NCBI GenBank assembly: GCA_028705565.1
Contig: JAQWDH010000002.1
Coordinates: forward strand, 40,262-104,261
Reading direction: 5' to 3'
Origin: Patescibacteria group bacterium
Lineage (GTDB): Bacteria; Patescibacteriota; Patescibacteriia; Magasanikbacterales; GWA2-37-8
Length of the DNA stretch: 64,000 nt
The notes under the pieces were generated by a model, which worked only from the letters and a program-made list of their open reading frames with translations, made no database searches and was not told where the DNA came from. The translations under genes were made by a program, and so were the position numbers. Of this stretch, positions 39,901 through 51,006 are shown in pieces. Within the stretch, counting starts at the first letter, position 1, and the number at the start of each line of letters is the position of its first letter.

Positions 39901-39989
39901 GGACGATTTTTCACCGACTTTTCAAAACACTTGTTTTTATCCCAAAAATCAAGTATTTCTTCTTCGTTTTTTTTCGCGTCGTAAAGCAT
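36966..39989 (-). CDS. ileS: Isoleucine--tRNA ligase, type 2
   Basis: DGPPFATGLPHYGH, GWDCHGLP, WTTTPWTLP, DWAISRNRYWGTP, KMSKR. Confidence 0.98.
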   Translation of the reverse strand: MLYDAKKNEEEILDFWDKNKCFEKSVKNRPEDKPYHFYDGPPFATGLPHYGHIVASLMKDIVPRYWTMRGFRVERRWGWDCHGLPVENIIEKELKLENKKDIEECGIEKFNEACRATVLKYANEWKKTIRRMGRWVDMENDYKTMDINFMESVWWVFKELWSKGLIYQGHKAMHICPHCATPLSNFEVTQNYKEMKDISVVVKFQITNFKSQINSKPQILNDKPIYILAWTTTPWTLPGNVLLAVNKNIKYQIVSIDGEDKNFILAKDRAEAILKNKEYKIIKEIDGSDLIGLEYDPLFSYFKNTPRAFKIVDADFVTTEEGTGVVHIAPAFGEDDYNVGRRENTPLVQHVTMEGKFTPEVVDFAGMEVKPKDDPSKADVEIIKWLAKENKLFSKESITHSYPLCWRCDAPLLNYATASWFVKIDDDFKKQLLKNNEKINWVPEHIKEGRFGKWLEGARDWAISRNRYWGTPLPVWLCQTGITNYQFSIFNESQNSKCDNMVAVGSVEELEKLSGQKIVDLHKHKIDDIEFKCEKCGGKMRRVPEVLDCWFESGSMPYGQAHYPFENKEKFENGFPAEFIAEGQDQTRGWFYTLHVLATALTSGAKPSIAVKESSPAFKNVIVNGIVLAEDGKKMSKRLKNYPEPDLILEKYGADALRYYFATSPVMEAESLNFSEAGAREMYNKVVNTLWNVVEFWKMFSERTTDNRPMPKNILDKWILAKLRILIKGTTKGMEEYKLADASRPILDFITELSQWYVRRSRDRFKGDDEEDKNAAIATLREVLLILSKVIAPFTPFLAEKVYREIKVADRGQNQFKESVHLEDWPEADECPSDKEILEQMNMARKIVEIGLAIRAEKEIKVKQPLQKLYVKDCVLPEEFKNIIADELNVKIVEYADEEENAIWKEDGDLKIGLDIEITLELKKEGLAREITRAINQIRKDKKLTMKDKVAVKIATDDELLKSVLVEFAEEIGKSVLAKEIKITEVKDGFTEAEVDKKRIFVKIISE

Positions 39990-40182
39990 AGGTTGCAAAT
40001 TTTGACGATTTAAGATGGACGATGGACCATAAATTATAGACTATAGACCGCAGACCATAAACGATAAGACCTTCGCCCATCCTTGAAATTTTAATTTAAT
40101 TCACCCAAAATGTCAATTTTATGTATTGCTAAAAATATGCTATACTAATTTAAGCTTATTTATTCATAATTTTAATAAATTT

Positions 40183-40626
40183 ATGTTATACATCGCCTCG
40201 GACCACGCCGGTTTTCAACTCAAAAATTACATCACCAATTTTCTTAAAAATCAAACAAGCTCCGTGTTTAAAGATCTGGGACCAAAGGTCTTTAAAGAAG
40301 ACGACGACTATCCTGATTTTGCCTTTGCTTTGACAAAAGAAGTGGCTAAAAATAAAATTCACAAAGGAATTTTAATTTGCGGTTCAGGCCATGGAATGTG
40401 CATCGCCGCGAACAAAACCAAGGGCATCCGCGCGATTGAAGGATACAACATTCAAGGCACGGAAATGGGACGCAGGCACAATGACGCGAATGTGCTTTGT
40501 TTAGCAGGAAGAATTTTAAGCAATGAGCACGCCGCCGCCATTGCGCGCATATTTTTAGAAACAGAATTCGCTAAAGACCACCGATTTATGAGAAGAAATA
40601 AAAAAATCGCTGATTACGAAAAATAA
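40183..40626 (+). CDS. rpiB: Ribose-5-phosphate isomerase B
   Basis: ASDHAG, DYPD, ICGSG.GM, HNDANVLCL. Confidence 0.95.
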   Translation: MLYIASDHAGFQLKNYITNFLKNQTSSVFKDLGPKVFKEDDDYPDFAFALTKEVAKNKIHKGILICGSGHGMCIAANKTKGIRAIEGYNIQGTEMGRRHNDANVLCLAGRILSNEHAAAIARIFLETEFAKDHRFMRRNKKIADYEK

Positions 40627-40628
40627 CT

Positions 40629-41294
40629 ATGATAATTCCGGCAATTCTTGTCAACACTTTCGGCGAATTTGAAACGCAAATAAAAAAAATGGAAAAAATT
40701 TTTACTCGCGTTCAAATTGACGTTATGGACGGTAAATTCACGCCGAACAAATCTTTCGCGGACGCGAAAAAAATTAACGGATTGAAAACAAAAATGAAAT
40801 ACGAGCTGCATTTGATGGTTGATAACCCTCTCGCGGAAATTAAAAAATGGAAAAAAGTAAAAAAAATTTATCGCGTCGTTTTTCACATTGAATCAAAAAG
40901 CTCCACGGAAAAAACAATTTCCGCTATTCGCAAACGCGGCTGGCAAGTCGGGATCGCCGTCAATTCGGAAACCCCGCTTGACAAAATCAAGCCATATCGC
41001 GGATTTGCTGATTTAATTTTATTTATGACAGCGCGTCCCGGCCGCCAAGGCGCGAATTTTTTGCCAAAAATGAAAGAAAAAATAAATAAATTTAAAAAAT
41101 TTTTAAACGAGCGAACGACCGAAAAAAATTCCAAAACTCCGGCAATTGCGGTTGACGGAGGTATAAAAAAGAGTAATATTGGTGATATAAAAAAGAGCGG
41201 AGCGGATATTTTTTACATTGGCAGCGCGCTTTCAATGGCGAAAGACGCGAAGCTCGCGTATAATACTCTTAAAAAAGAGCTCGCTAATTCGTAA
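40629..41294 (+). CDS. rpe: Ribulose-phosphate 3-epimerase family protein
   Basis: QIDVMDGKFTPN, HLMV, VDGGI. Confidence 0.9.
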   Translation: MIIPAILVNTFGEFETQIKKMEKIFTRVQIDVMDGKFTPNKSFADAKKINGLKTKMKYELHLMVDNPLAEIKKWKKVKKIYRVVFHIESKSSTEKTISAIRKRGWQVGIAVNSETPLDKIKPYRGFADLILFMTARPGRQGANFLPKMKEKINKFKKFLNERTTEKNSKTPAIAVDGGIKKSNIGDIKKSGADIFYIGSALSMAKDAKLAYNTLKKELANS

Positions 41295-41304
41295 TTCAAT
41301 TTTT

Positions 41305-42255
41305 ATGCACGATCTTATTATTATCGGCGCGGCGGCGGCCGGAAACAGCGCGGCAATTTACGCGGCAAGAAGAAAACTGAGTTTTAAAATTATAACCGAC
41401 AATATCGGCGGCGAGGTCGCTTTGTCCGGAGTAATTAATAACTGGCCCGGTATGCCGGGCGTAAAAGGATACGAACTCGCGCAAAAATTCGCGGAACACG
41501 CCAAATCTGCCGGAGCGACAATTGATGTCGGCTGGAAAGTTGAAAAAATTTATCAGGAAAAAAATTATTTGGCGGTCGCGGCAAAAAACGCGATAGGCGA
41601 AGAAAAAATTGAATACGCGAAATCAATAATTATCGCCAGCGGCGTGCGTCCGCGCAAACTTATGGTTCCTGGTGAAGCGGAATTAAACCGTAAAGGCGTG
41701 ACATATTGCACTGTTTGCGACGGTCCTCTTTTCAAAAATAAAATAACCGCTACCGTGGGTTCCGGAAACGCCGCTTTGGAATCCGCTTTAATGATGGATA
41801 AAATCGCTAAAAAAGCTTATTTGATAAGCAAATATCCAAATACCAAGGAATCAAAAGGCGGTTTTCCAAAAGGCGAAGATGTCTTAATAGAAAAAGTAAA
41901 ATCGCTCGCGAATGTGGAAATAATTTATGGAGCGATAACAACCGAGATTATCGGAAAAGAAAAAGTTGAGGGTCTGAAATATAAAAATGAAATCGGCGAA
42001 GAAAAAACAATCGCTTTGGACGGAATTTTGACACACGCCGGTCAAGTTCCTAATTCGCAATTTATTGATTGCGCTGAAAAAGATAAAACCGGACAAATAA
42101 TAATTGATGAAAAATGCCGGACTTCTTGTCTCGGAATTTTCGCCGCCGGAGACGTAACGAATGTTCCATACAAACAAATCGGAATCGCCGTAGGTCAAGG
42201 CATCATCGCCTCCCTCGCGGCAATTGAACATATCAACAAGTGGCGGGATTCATAA
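41305..42255 (+). CDS. trxB: Thioredoxin-disulfide reductase family protein
   Basis: [27 protein letters not shown]. Confidence 0.9.
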   Translation: MHDLIIIGAAAAGNSAAIYAARRKLSFKIITDNIGGEVALSGVINNWPGMPGVKGYELAQKFAEHAKSAGATIDVGWKVEKIYQEKNYLAVAAKNAIGEEKIEYAKSIIIASGVRPRKLMVPGEAELNRKGVTYCTVCDGPLFKNKITATVGSGNAALESALMMDKIAKKAYLISKYPNTKESKGGFPKGEDVLIEKVKSLANVEIIYGAITTEIIGKEKVEGLKYKNEIGEEKTIALDGILTHAGQVPNSQFIDCAEKDKTGQIIIDEKCRTSCLGIFAAGDVTNVPYKQIGIAVGQGIIASLAAIEHINKWRDS

Positions 42256-42322
42256 ACTTTTATTATTCGCCTTGGGATTACCACTCTTCGCTCGCAATGA
42301 CATTATTCATAATTTATAAACT

Positions 42323-42643
42323 ATGTCTCCACTTTCTTCTCTATTTTATTTTCTTCCGCTGCCGATTATTGATGTCGTGATGAATATCACGGCCGGACTC
42401 GGGGCGGTGCTTATCGCTTACGCTATTTTTTTGGAAGCCGAACGCCGGCAAGACGCGATTTTAACAATCGGAGCTGGTTGTCTTTTTATTTACGCGCTTT
42501 GGATAGGAAACAAAATTTTTACAGTCGCGATGGGCGGTATGGCAATAGCGGCATTCCTGGAACTTTTAGAAATTATGCTGGGACGACACGAGCACAGTGT
42601 GGAAATGGTGGAAGATTATAAAAAACCAAGCGGAAAACTTTAA
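42323..42643 (+). CDS. Small membrane protein
   Basis: About 3 hydrophobic helices. Confidence 0.75.
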   Translation: MSPLSSLFYFLPLPIIDVVMNITAGLGAVLIAYAIFLEAERRQDAILTIGAGCLFIYALWIGNKIFTVAMGGMAIAAFLELLEIMLGRHEHSVEMVEDYKKPSGKL

Positions 42644-42662
42644 ATGGATAAATCTTATTTTT

Positions 42663-43649
42663 ATGTTTAATTTGATCACTATCGGCGATATTGTAATTGA
42701 TACTCACGTTAAAATTGATGACGCTTCCATAGAATGCGATTTAAGCCATATCAGTTGCAAACTTTGCCTTAATTACGCGGCAAAAATTCCCATTACTGAC
42801 AGTTTTCAATCTCTTGGCGGAAATGCCGCTAATGTTGCTGTCGGAGCGTCAAAACTCGGTTTGAAAACCGCAATTTTAAGTTCAATCGGCAAAGACAGCA
42901 ATGGAAAAACGATTTTGCAAGAATTAAAAAAACTAAAAATCAATACCGGCTTTGTAACCGAATACGCGAACGTAAAAACCCGCTACGCCGTGATTTTAAA
43001 TTTCAAAAGTGAGAGAACCATTCTTTCTTTTCATCAAAAAAGAAACTACGTCATGCCGAAAAAAATGCCGGCTTCAAATTGGATTTACTACACGAGTTTA
43101 AGCGAGGGGTTTGAAAACTTGCAGGACAAGCTTGTTGAATTTTTAAACAATCATCCGACCGCGCGTTTGGCTTTTAACCCCGGGTCTTTTCAGATAAAAA
43201 ATAATTTAAAAAAAGTCAAAGAAATTCTCCCAAAAACAGATTTGCTTTTCGTGAATTTGGAAGAAGCTGAAAAAATATCCGGAACGACTTTAAAAAAAGA
43301 AAAAGCTGAAGCTTCTTTAATAAAAAAACTTTTGGCAACTGGCGCGAAAGAAATTGTTATTACGAACGCCGAACGAGGCGCGTGGGCCGGCAATAAAGAA
43401 AAAATTTGGCATTTGGACAGCTACCAAGTAAAAGTTATCGCCAAAACCGGAGCCGGAGATTCGTTTTCCGCCGGATATCTTTCCGCGCGTTTTTACGGAC
43501 GCGATATTTCCGAAGCGTTAAAATGGGGTATGGCAAACAGTTCAAGCGTCATCGGACAGGTTGGCGCGCAAAAAGGTCTGCTGAATAAAAACGGAATTAA
43601 AAAAATGACGGAAAAATTCTCCGCCATAAAACCGATTGAGCTTGTTTGA
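42663..43649 (+). CDS. PfkB-family carbohydrate kinase
   Basis: GGNAANVAVG, FNPG, NLEEA, TGAGDSFSAG. Confidence 0.93.
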   Translation: MFNLITIGDIVIDTHVKIDDASIECDLSHISCKLCLNYAAKIPITDSFQSLGGNAANVAVGASKLGLKTAILSSIGKDSNGKTILQELKKLKINTGFVTEYANVKTRYAVILNFKSERTILSFHQKRNYVMPKKMPASNWIYYTSLSEGFENLQDKLVEFLNNHPTARLAFNPGSFQIKNNLKKVKEILPKTDLLFVNLEEAEKISGTTLKKEKAEASLIKKLLATGAKEIVITNAERGAWAGNKEKIWHLDSYQVKVIAKTGAGDSFSAGYLSARFYGRDISEALKWGMANSSSVIGQVGAQKGLLNKNGIKKMTEKFSAIKPIELV

Positions 43650-44165
43650 TTACAAAATTTTTAAAATTTCTTTTCCCCACGCTTCCGCTGACTTTGGTCC
43701 GTCGGCAGTAATGATTTTTCCATCCTTCACAACCGGTTCGCGTATATATTCCGCGCCGGCGGCATATAAAATTTTATCCAGTTCATTGTCGCCGTTCCAG
43801 CCTGCGGCTTTTTTGTTTTTTAAAACACCGGCATTCGCCAAAATGCGCGTGGAAATACAAATTGCCCCAAACGCTTTTCCGGAGGAGGAAGCTTCGCGTA
43901 AAATTTTATACGATTTTTCGTTGTCCAAACAATCCATCGCGCCAGGACCGCCAATAAAAAAAACGCCGTCGTAATCCGCGGCGCGCGCGTCTTCTAAAAG
44001 TATATCCACTTCGGCTTTATCGTTCGTATAAGCGGCTTTGGCAATACCGACTTTATCGCTCGCGGTGTAAACCAGCGTTCCGTTTTCTTCCAAAATCCTT
44101 TTCGTCATGCCATATTCAATCGGCTGAAAATCTTTTGAAGAAATAACGAGCAACGCTTTTTTCAT
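43650..44165 (-). CDS. DJ-1/PfpI family protein
   Basis: FQPIEY, FIGGPGA, GAICIS, IITADGP. Confidence 0.92.
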   Translation of the reverse strand: MKKALLVISSKDFQPIEYGMTKRILEENGTLVYTASDKVGIAKAAYTNDKAEVDILLEDARAADYDGVFFIGGPGAMDCLDNEKSYKILREASSSGKAFGAICISTRILANAGVLKNKKAAGWNGDNELDKILYAAGAEYIREPVVKDGKIITADGPKSAEAWGKEILKIL

Positions 44166-44172
44166 AATAAAT

Positions 44173-44898
44173 TTAATCAAAAAAATTCATTTTCGCTGGC
44201 AAATGTATTCCTCTCATTCTGTTTAAATCCTGTTTGCGACCCAAAAAAAATTCAACTGACTGTTTTACGTCTTCACAACGGACATCCGGCCCGAGGCAGC
44301 AAAGCCCCTGCTCAAATTTTTCTATCACGGACAAAATTTCATTTTTAACCGTTTCATGTTCTGCCTCTTGCTCTGCCAAAAAACGCAACTTTTCCAAACC
44401 GCTTTTTATTTCTTCCAAAGCCGCTTCATACTCATTTACTTTCTTTTCGTATTTTTGACGCTCCAAACCCTGCACCGCTCTTTTGGAATATTTGCGCAGC
44501 TTTCTTCGCGTATCTATCAAAGCCGGCGTCAATTCCATTCTTTCCGCTTCGGTAAAAAACACAGCCGGTCCGCCGGTAATCAAATCTTCAAAAGTCCCTC
44601 CATACAATTTGAATTCCGCGTATTTTTCACGTAAATCCGAAGAAAGCATTGGGAGTAAAAAATTTTCGCCGGCCTGTTTTTCCGTCGCGGATAAAAATTC
44701 CTCATACGCTTTTTTCCACGGCCAAAAATGATAACCGAATTCCATCAATTCGTTTTCAATATTAATTGAGTTCACTCCGCCTGACGGACTGTCAAGATAC
44801 GCCAAAACAACCCGCGCCCGTTTTGTTTTTTCCGGCGGAAATAAAGGCGGCAATTCTGAAAATATTTTACGAAAAATTAAAGCGGTTGAATTGGACAT
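44173..44898 (-). CDS. Hypothetical protein
   Basis: 241-aa ORF within an operon. Confidence 0.8.
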   Translation of the reverse strand: MSNSTALIFRKIFSELPPLFPPEKTKRARVVLAYLDSPSGGVNSINIENELMEFGYHFWPWKKAYEEFLSATEKQAGENFLLPMLSSDLREKYAEFKLYGGTFEDLITGGPAVFFTEAERMELTPALIDTRRKLRKYSKRAVQGLERQKYEKKVNEYEAALEEIKSGLEKLRFLAEQEAEHETVKNEILSVIEKFEQGLCCLGPDVRCEDVKQSVEFFLGRKQDLNRMRGIHLPAKMNFFD

Positions 44899-44901
44899 GT
44901 G

Positions 44902-45360
44902 TTATAAAATTACATACATCGCTATACCGGCGGCGACGCTTACATTTAAGCTGTTCTTTTTTCCGCGCATTGGAATTTCAATTGAACCGCCGCAATATTT
45001 TAACAAACTTTTCGGCACGCCTGTTTTTTCATTGCCTACCACCAAAGCTAAAGGAAATTTTGGCTTAAAACGAAATAAATCAACGCTGTTTTTCGTTTGT
45101 TCCAATGCAATTATATTATACCCTATTTTTTTCAATTCTTTAAGCAAGGTTCCGGCGCGTTTGCAATACTCCCATTTTATCCATTTTTCAGCGCCTAAAG
45201 AAACCTTGTCCACCTGCGGATGCGGTGGACACGGCGTATAACCGGTCAAAAACAACTTGTCCGCTCCTACACCGTCGGCTGTCCTGAAAATCGCTCCGAC
45301 ATTATGTCCGCTGCGTATATTAGGCAAAACCAAAACAAACTTTTCGGTAATTTTTTTCAT
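44902..45360 (-). CDS. TrmH/SpoU-family RNA methyltransferase
   Basis: NIRSGHNVGAIFRTAD, VGNE, IPMRG...SLNVSVA. Confidence 0.94.
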   Translation of the reverse strand: MKKITEKFVLVLPNIRSGHNVGAIFRTADGVGADKLFLTGYTPCPPHPQVDKVSLGAEKWIKWEYCKRAGTLLKELKKIGYNIIALEQTKNSVDLFRFKPKFPLALVVGNEKTGVPKSLLKYCGGSIEIPMRGKKNSLNVSVAAGIAMYVIL

Positions 45361-45422
45361 AATTTTTTTTCATTTTTTCGTTTCGTATTTTCGTACCTTT
45401 GGTAGTTCGCGCATTATTTATA

Positions 45423-45950
45423 TTATTTTAATTTTCTAATCCACCAGCTCTGCGCTGAACAAAAAGCCGCGGCAAGCGCGTCAGCCGCGTCATCGGATTT
45501 TATTTTTTCTTTTATTCCCAAAGTAATCGCTGTCATTTTTTGCATTTGCGATTTTTCCGCCCGACCATACCCTGTTATCGCCTGTTTTATCTGTAAAGGA
45601 GTAAATTCGTCCACGGAAACGCCGTTTTCAACCGCCGTCAATAAAATAACGCCTCTGGCTTCGCTTACTTTTATAGCTGTTTTTAAATTTTTGAAAAAAA
45701 ATAAATCCTCCACTGCGATTCGCGCTGGTTTATATTTTTTTATGATGCGTTCCAATTCCAAATGAAGTTCCATTAGCCGGTCTTTAAAATCTTTTTTCGC
45801 GGAAGTTTCAATACAGCCATAGTCAACCGCCTTCCATTGCCCTGCGGTTTTGCGGATAACCCCGTATCCGGTTCTCCCGAAACCGGGGTCAATGCCTAAA
45901 ATAACTTCCGGAGTTTCAGTTCCGCGCGTTCGTAATTTTTGCGAAGGCAT
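45423..45950 (-). CDS. ruvC: Holliday junction resolvase RuvC
   Basis: ILGIDPG, VE.LFF, TP.QIK, DDAADALA. Confidence 0.97.
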   Translation of the reverse strand: MPSQKLRTRGTETPEVILGIDPGFGRTGYGVIRKTAGQWKAVDYGCIETSAKKDFKDRLMELHLELERIIKKYKPARIAVEDLFFFKNLKTAIKVSEARGVILLTAVENGVSVDEFTPLQIKQAITGYGRAEKSQMQKMTAITLGIKEKIKSDDAADALAAAFCSAQSWWIRKLK

Positions 45951-46028
45951 AACTTGTTTTTAATTTTAAAATCCAAATTTTAAAATAATTTTTAATTTTA
46001 TAATTTTTAATTTTATAAATAAATCTTT

Positions 46029-46164
46029 CCGCCCCATCATCCGACGGGGTAAACTCCAATTGTTGTCATTCCCGCGAAAGCGGGAATCCATCGTCCGATT
46101 ATATGGATTCCCGCTTTCGCGGGAATGACAGAATGAACGATTTTCGTTATTCGGCGACAGCCCC
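46029..46164. mobile_element. Truncated second copy of the REP-carrying MITE (left TIR missing)
   Basis: Aligns to about 13557-13692, including the right end TATTCGGCGACAG(C)CCC. Confidence 0.85.
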
Positions 46165-46193
46165 TCAAAATGACAACTGCATCCATCGTCCGC

Positions 46194-46916
46194 CTACTCC
46201 GCGTTGGTAAAATAATTGTCCACGTCTTCGTTCGCTTCCAGATCGCCAAATAATCTTTCCAATTTCTCGCGGACATCATCGGATACCGATATTTTTTCTT
46301 TTGCCACCCATTCCAAACCGGATTCCGCGACTTCCATTCCAAATTCTTTAATTTTATTTAAAACTTTTTGAAAATTTTCCGTCTTAGTTCTTACTTCAAC
46401 AAATTCTTCGTCTTCAATAATGTCCTCGGCTCCACTCTCTATCAAACCCAATTCTTTTTCTTCTTTATTTTCCAAAAAACGCGCTCGGCTGATTTTCACG
46501 ACGCCCAAAAGACGGAACATCCATTGAACGCTGCCGGCGCCGCCCATTGAACCGACGTTATCGGAAAGAATGTGTTTAATATCGGAAATTGCGCGATTTT
46601 TATTATCGGTCAAAACTTTTATCAAAATTGCCACGCCCCCCGGACCGAATGCCTCATACATTATTTCTTCAATCTGCGCGCCCTCCAATTCTCCTGTGCC
46701 GCGTTTTATCGCCCTTTCAATATTTTCTTTGGGCATATTGTTTTCTTTGGCTTTCTCAACCGCCAAACGCAAAGAAAAATTGGAGAGAATGTCTCCGCCG
46801 CCGGCGCGCGCTGTGATGGAAATCGCTTTTCCTAATTTAGTGAATAAATTTCCGCGCAAAGCGTCTTGTTTTCCTTTCCGCGCCTGTATATTGTGCCACT
46901 TGGAATGACCTGACAT
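46194..46916 (-). CDS. yebC: YebC/PmpR family protein
   Basis: MSGHSKW.NI, NMPKENIERAI, YEAFGPGG, TDNKNR. Confidence 0.96.
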   Translation of the reverse strand: MSGHSKWHNIQARKGKQDALRGNLFTKLGKAISITARAGGGDILSNFSLRLAVEKAKENNMPKENIERAIKRGTGELEGAQIEEIMYEAFGPGGVAILIKVLTDNKNRAISDIKHILSDNVGSMGGAGSVQWMFRLLGVVKISRARFLENKEEKELGLIESGAEDIIEDEEFVEVRTKTENFQKVLNKIKEFGMEVAESGLEWVAKEKISVSDDVREKLERLFGDLEANEDVDNYFTNAE

Positions 46917-47051
46917 AATTCTGATTTAATTTTTAAATTTTAAATTTTTGTTCATTTTGTCATTGGACATTGGTCATTGGAACTTGATTATTACTCTCCC
47001 GCTTAGGTGGGCGAGTATATTATATCTTTTCCAGCTGAAAAATCAAGAAAC

Positions 47052-47080
47052 AAAAAATCCCGATTTAATCGGGATTTTTT
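47052..47080 (-). terminator. Terminator after rpoC
   Basis: AAAAAATCCCGATT/AATCGGGATTTTTT. Confidence 0.8.
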
Positions 47081-47088
47081 GCTTAAAA

Positions 47089-50000
47089 TTATTTTTTAAA
47101 GCCAGTTCCGACAGGAATCAAACGGCCGATAATCACGTTTTCTTTCAATCCTTCCAAATAATCAACCTTGCCGGTGATTGCGGAATTTATCAACACCCTC
47201 GCTGTTTCCTGAAACGAAGCCGCGGAAAGAAAACTCTGCGTGGACAAAGCTACTTTACTTACACCCATAAACAATTCGCGTCCGACCGCCTTGTGTCCGT
47301 TGTTCTTTGCCGCCAATCTGTTCGCGTATTCCAACTGCGCTTTTTCCAAAACTTCTCCCGGCAACAAATCCGTGTCGCCGGCATCTTCAATATAAACCCT
47401 GCTGAACATCTGACGAATCAAAAGCTCAACGTGTTTGTCATTCACTTTCTGTCCTTGCGAAGAATAAATATTTTGGACTTCTTTCAAAATATATCTTTGG
47501 ACTTCAGCGCGGCCTTTAAGTTCAAAAAGTTGATTAAGATTGATACTGCCATCGGTCAAACAGTCGCCTTTTTCCGCCATCTCTCCATCTTTAACAATTA
47601 ATTTATATTCAAGAGGAATAATATATTCGCGCGTGTGAGGGCCGGTATAAGCCAATGTGATGGTGTTTTTTCCGACCTTCACTTTACCGTTGTATTTGGC
47701 TTTGATTTCTTCGCCATCGCTGCCTCTCACAAGCATCACCTGTCCCTCAACAACATCATCGCCGTCTTTTACGGTGATTTCATCAACGGCCGCGAATTTT
47801 ATCTTCATTTCGTCCATGCCTTCAAAATGTATATGAACGATTTTTTGTCCGCGTCGTCCTTCAAAAATTTTCTTGCCTGCCGGAGAAGTGATAATCTTTC
47901 CGTCCGCGTCTTCAATTTCAACTTTGCCGGACACATCGGTTAAAACAGCGGCGTATTTCGGATTTCTGGCTTCAAATAATTCTTCAACGCGAGGCAAACC
48001 TTGCGTGATATCTCCGCCTCCGGCGACGCCACCCGTGTGGAAGGTTCTCATTGTAAGCTGAGTGCCGGGCTCGCCGATGGATTGCGCGGCGATGATGCCG
48101 ACAGCAGTACCGATTTCCGCCGGCTTGTTATAAGCCAAATTATTTCCGTAACATTTGCGGCAAACGCCCTTATTCATTTTACATTGCAAAACGCTTCTCA
48201 CATGGACTGATTTTATTTTATGATCTTCAATCGCGCGCGCCGATTGATCGTCAACTATTTCTCCGGCTTTCACGATTATTTTATTTCCGTCTTTTACTGT
48301 TTCCAAAACATATCTGCCCCACACGCGGTCTGATAATTTTTCCCCCATAATTTCCGACTGTTCGGCGGTAAATATCTCGCCTATCGCGTCTCCACAATCA
48401 TCTTCCAAAACAACCACATCTTGAGAAACATCAACCAAACGGCGGGTAAGATAACCGGCGTTTGCTGTTCGCAAAGCTGTATCAGTGAGACCTTTTCTTG
48501 TGCCGTGAGAAGATATAAAGTATTCCAACACGTCAAATCCTTCTTTAAAATTACCTTTTACAGGCAATTCAATAATGTCTCCCGAGGGAGATGCCACCAA
48601 CCCTTTCATACCGATAACTTGCCCGAGCTGTCCCCAACTGCCTCTCGCGCCAGAATCAATCATCGCGAACACGGAACTGTTTTTGTCCAAAACATTTTGA
48701 CTGTTCGCGACTATCCTGTTTTTTCCTTCTGTCCAAACTTCAATAATTTTCGCGTAGCGTTCGCTTTGGGTAAGCAAACCCTCTTGATACTGCTCTTCCA
48801 CGAGTTTTATCATTTCTTCACATTCTTTCAAAATGGCCGGTTTCTCTATATTTGCCGGGAAGTCGTCCATTCCGAGAGAATATCCTGATTTTGTGACATA
48901 TTTATATCCCAAATTTTTAAGCTCGTCCAAAAATTCCGCGACTTCTTTTTGGCTGTAAAGTTCAAGACAAAGCCGGATGATGTGCGCCAATTTTTTAACA
49001 TTTATAACCTCGTTAAAAAATGGAAGTTTGGACGGAATAATTTCATTGAATAAAATTCTGCCCGCTGTCGTCTCTATCATCGCTTCCTGATTTTCCGGAA
49101 ATTTTTCCAAATTGCCGAACCTTACTTTGATAGGTTCGTGAATTTCAATTTGGCGTTTTTTATAAGCCAACAACGCTTCCTTTTCAGAACCGAAATATTT
49201 TTTCGTTTCACCGGTCTTTACGCCATTTATTAGTTTCGTGAGATAAAAACACCCGAGAGCAATGTCCTGTTTCGGAGTGATAACAGGGTGGCCGGTGGCC
49301 GGTTTGAGAAGATTTTTTTCCGCAGCCATAAAATTTTCCGCCTCTTCTCTCGCCTCCAAAGTCAAAGGCAAATGCACCGCCATTTGGTCTCCGTCAAAGT
49401 CGGCGTTAAAAGCCGTGCAGACCAAAGGATGCAATTGTATGGCCTTGCCTTCAATAAGCCGAGGATGAAACGCTTGAATGCCGAGACGATGCAAAGTCGG
49501 AGCGCGGTTTAAAAGCACGCGCGTTGTCTTGGTCAACTCTTCCAATATATTCCAAACCTCGTCGCATTCCGACTCAATGACACGGGACGCGCTGCGAACA
49601 TTATGCGCCAAATCCATTTTAATTATTTTACTGATGATAAACGGTTTAAAAAGTTCCAACGCCATCCGTTTCGGCAAACCGCATTCATCTATATTCAAAT
49701 TCGGACCGACCACAATAACTGAACGGCCGGAATAATCCACGCGCTTGCCAAGAAGATTCTGACGGAAACGACCCTGTTTGCCTTTTAATATATCGGCCAA
49801 AGAACGCAGTTGTCTCTTCTGCCCCGTGGAGGCGGTAACGGTTTTTGAATGACGGGCGCTGTTGTCTATAAGCGCATCCACAGCTTCTTGAAGCATTCTT
49901 TTTTCATTGCGACAAATAACCTCCGGCGCGTTTAATTCCATTAAACGGCGCAATCTGTTGTTGCGGTTAATCACGCGGCGATATAAATCGTTCAAATCCG

Positions 50001-50958
50001 AAGTAGCGTAACGTCCGCCTTCCAAGGCGACCATCGGACGCAAATCCGGAGGAATAACCGGAATAATTTTTAAAACCATCCACTCCGGTCTTATTTTATT
50101 GACAAACAAACTTTTTAATAATTTTTTTCTTCGTATCATTCTTTCCAATTTTGACCCTTTGGCGCTCTCTTGCTCTTCCCCGAGTTTCTTAATTGTTTCT
50201 TCCAAATTCACTCTTTCCAAAAGCCCGTGTATCGCCTCCGCGCCGATTGAAGCCGTAAATAAATGCCCGAAACGCAAAGATAATTCTTGGTATTTGTTTT
50301 CGGAAACAACTCTCAAAAGTTGTATGTCTTTCAATTCTTTATCGGCTTGCTGGAAATCTTCTTCCAATGCTTTTTGTTTTCGCTCGCTTTCGGTTTGTAT
50401 TTTTTCTAAAACTTTCATTCCGGCTTTTTTATCATTCGCTTCTTTTATTTCTTTTTCACAATCCTTTTCAATCTGTTTCTTCTTTGTTTTATATTCCTGA
50501 CGCAACGCTTCAAATGTTTCTTTTTTTCCTTCTTCATCAACATGTGTGATTATAAAAGAAGCGAAATACATCACTTTTTCAAGCGCCTGCACCGACAAAT
50601 CCAAAATCAAACCGATTTTTGAAGGCACGGAACGAAGAAACCAAATATGAGCGACTGGCACAGCGAGCGTGATATGACCCATTCGTTCGCGACGAACCAA
50701 AGAATTGGTGACTTCCACTCCGCATTTGTCGCAGACGATTCCTTTGTAGCGAATTTTTTTGTATTTTCCGCAATAACACTCCCAATCCTTGGAAGGACCG
50801 AATATTTCTTCGGCGAAAAGTCCGCCTTTTTCCGGTTTTTGAGTGCGATAATTTATCGTCTCCGGCTTATTCACTTCTCCGTGCGACCAAGAAATAATCG
50901 CTTCCGGCGAAGCCACTTTCAATCTCATGGCGTTAAAATCTTCAGTGTTGCGGTTCAT
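47089..50958 (-). CDS. rpoC: RNA polymerase beta' subunit
   Basis: Zn finger [38 protein letters not shown]. Confidence 0.99.
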   Translation of the reverse strand: MNRNTEDFNAMRLKVASPEAIISWSHGEVNKPETINYRTQKPEKGGLFAEEIFGPSKDWECYCGKYKKIRYKGIVCDKCGVEVTNSLVRRERMGHITLAVPVAHIWFLRSVPSKIGLILDLSVQALEKVMYFASFIITHVDEEGKKETFEALRQEYKTKKKQIEKDCEKEIKEANDKKAGMKVLEKIQTESERKQKALEEDFQQADKELKDIQLLRVVSENKYQELSLRFGHLFTASIGAEAIHGLLERVNLEETIKKLGEEQESAKGSKLERMIRRKKLLKSLFVNKIRPEWMVLKIIPVIPPDLRPMVALEGGRYATSDLNDLYRRVINRNNRLRRLMELNAPEVICRNEKRMLQEAVDALIDNSARHSKTVTASTGQKRQLRSLADILKGKQGRFRQNLLGKRVDYSGRSVIVVGPNLNIDECGLPKRMALELFKPFIISKIIKMDLAHNVRSASRVIESECDEVWNILEELTKTTRVLLNRAPTLHRLGIQAFHPRLIEGKAIQLHPLVCTAFNADFDGDQMAVHLPLTLEAREEAENFMAAEKNLLKPATGHPVITPKQDIALGCFYLTKLINGVKTGETKKYFGSEKEALLAYKKRQIEIHEPIKVRFGNLEKFPENQEAMIETTAGRILFNEIIPSKLPFFNEVINVKKLAHIIRLCLELYSQKEVAEFLDELKNLGYKYVTKSGYSLGMDDFPANIEKPAILKECEEMIKLVEEQYQEGLLTQSERYAKIIEVWTEGKNRIVANSQNVLDKNSSVFAMIDSGARGSWGQLGQVIGMKGLVASPSGDIIELPVKGNFKEGFDVLEYFISSHGTRKGLTDTALRTANAGYLTRRLVDVSQDVVVLEDDCGDAIGEIFTAEQSEIMGEKLSDRVWGRYVLETVKDGNKIIVKAGEIVDDQSARAIEDHKIKSVHVRSVLQCKMNKGVCRKCYGNNLAYNKPAEIGTAVGIIAAQSIGEPGTQLTMRTFHTGGVAGGGDITQGLPRVEELFEARNPKYAAVLTDVSGKVEIEDADGKIITSPAGKKIFEGRRGQKIVHIHFEGMDEMKIKFAAVDEITVKDGDDVVEGQVMLVRGSDGEEIKAKYNGKVKVGKNTITLAYTGPHTREYIIPLEYKLIVKDGEMAEKGDCLTDGSINLNQLFELKGRAEVQRYILKEVQNIYSSQGQKVNDKHVELLIRQMFSRVYIEDAGDTDLLPGEVLEKAQLEYANRLAAKNNGHKAVGRELFMGVSKVALSTQSFLSAASFQETARVLINSAITGKVDYLEGLKENVIIGRLIPVGTGFKK

Positions 50959-51006
50959 ATTTTTTTCAAATTAATTATTTTAAAATTATTTAATCTTGTC
51001 TTTCTT

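Noticed and set aside
46037-46342. 101-aa ORF containing VIPAKAGI/WIPAFAGMT
   Set aside because: Off-frame overlap with yebC running into the REP-like palindrome
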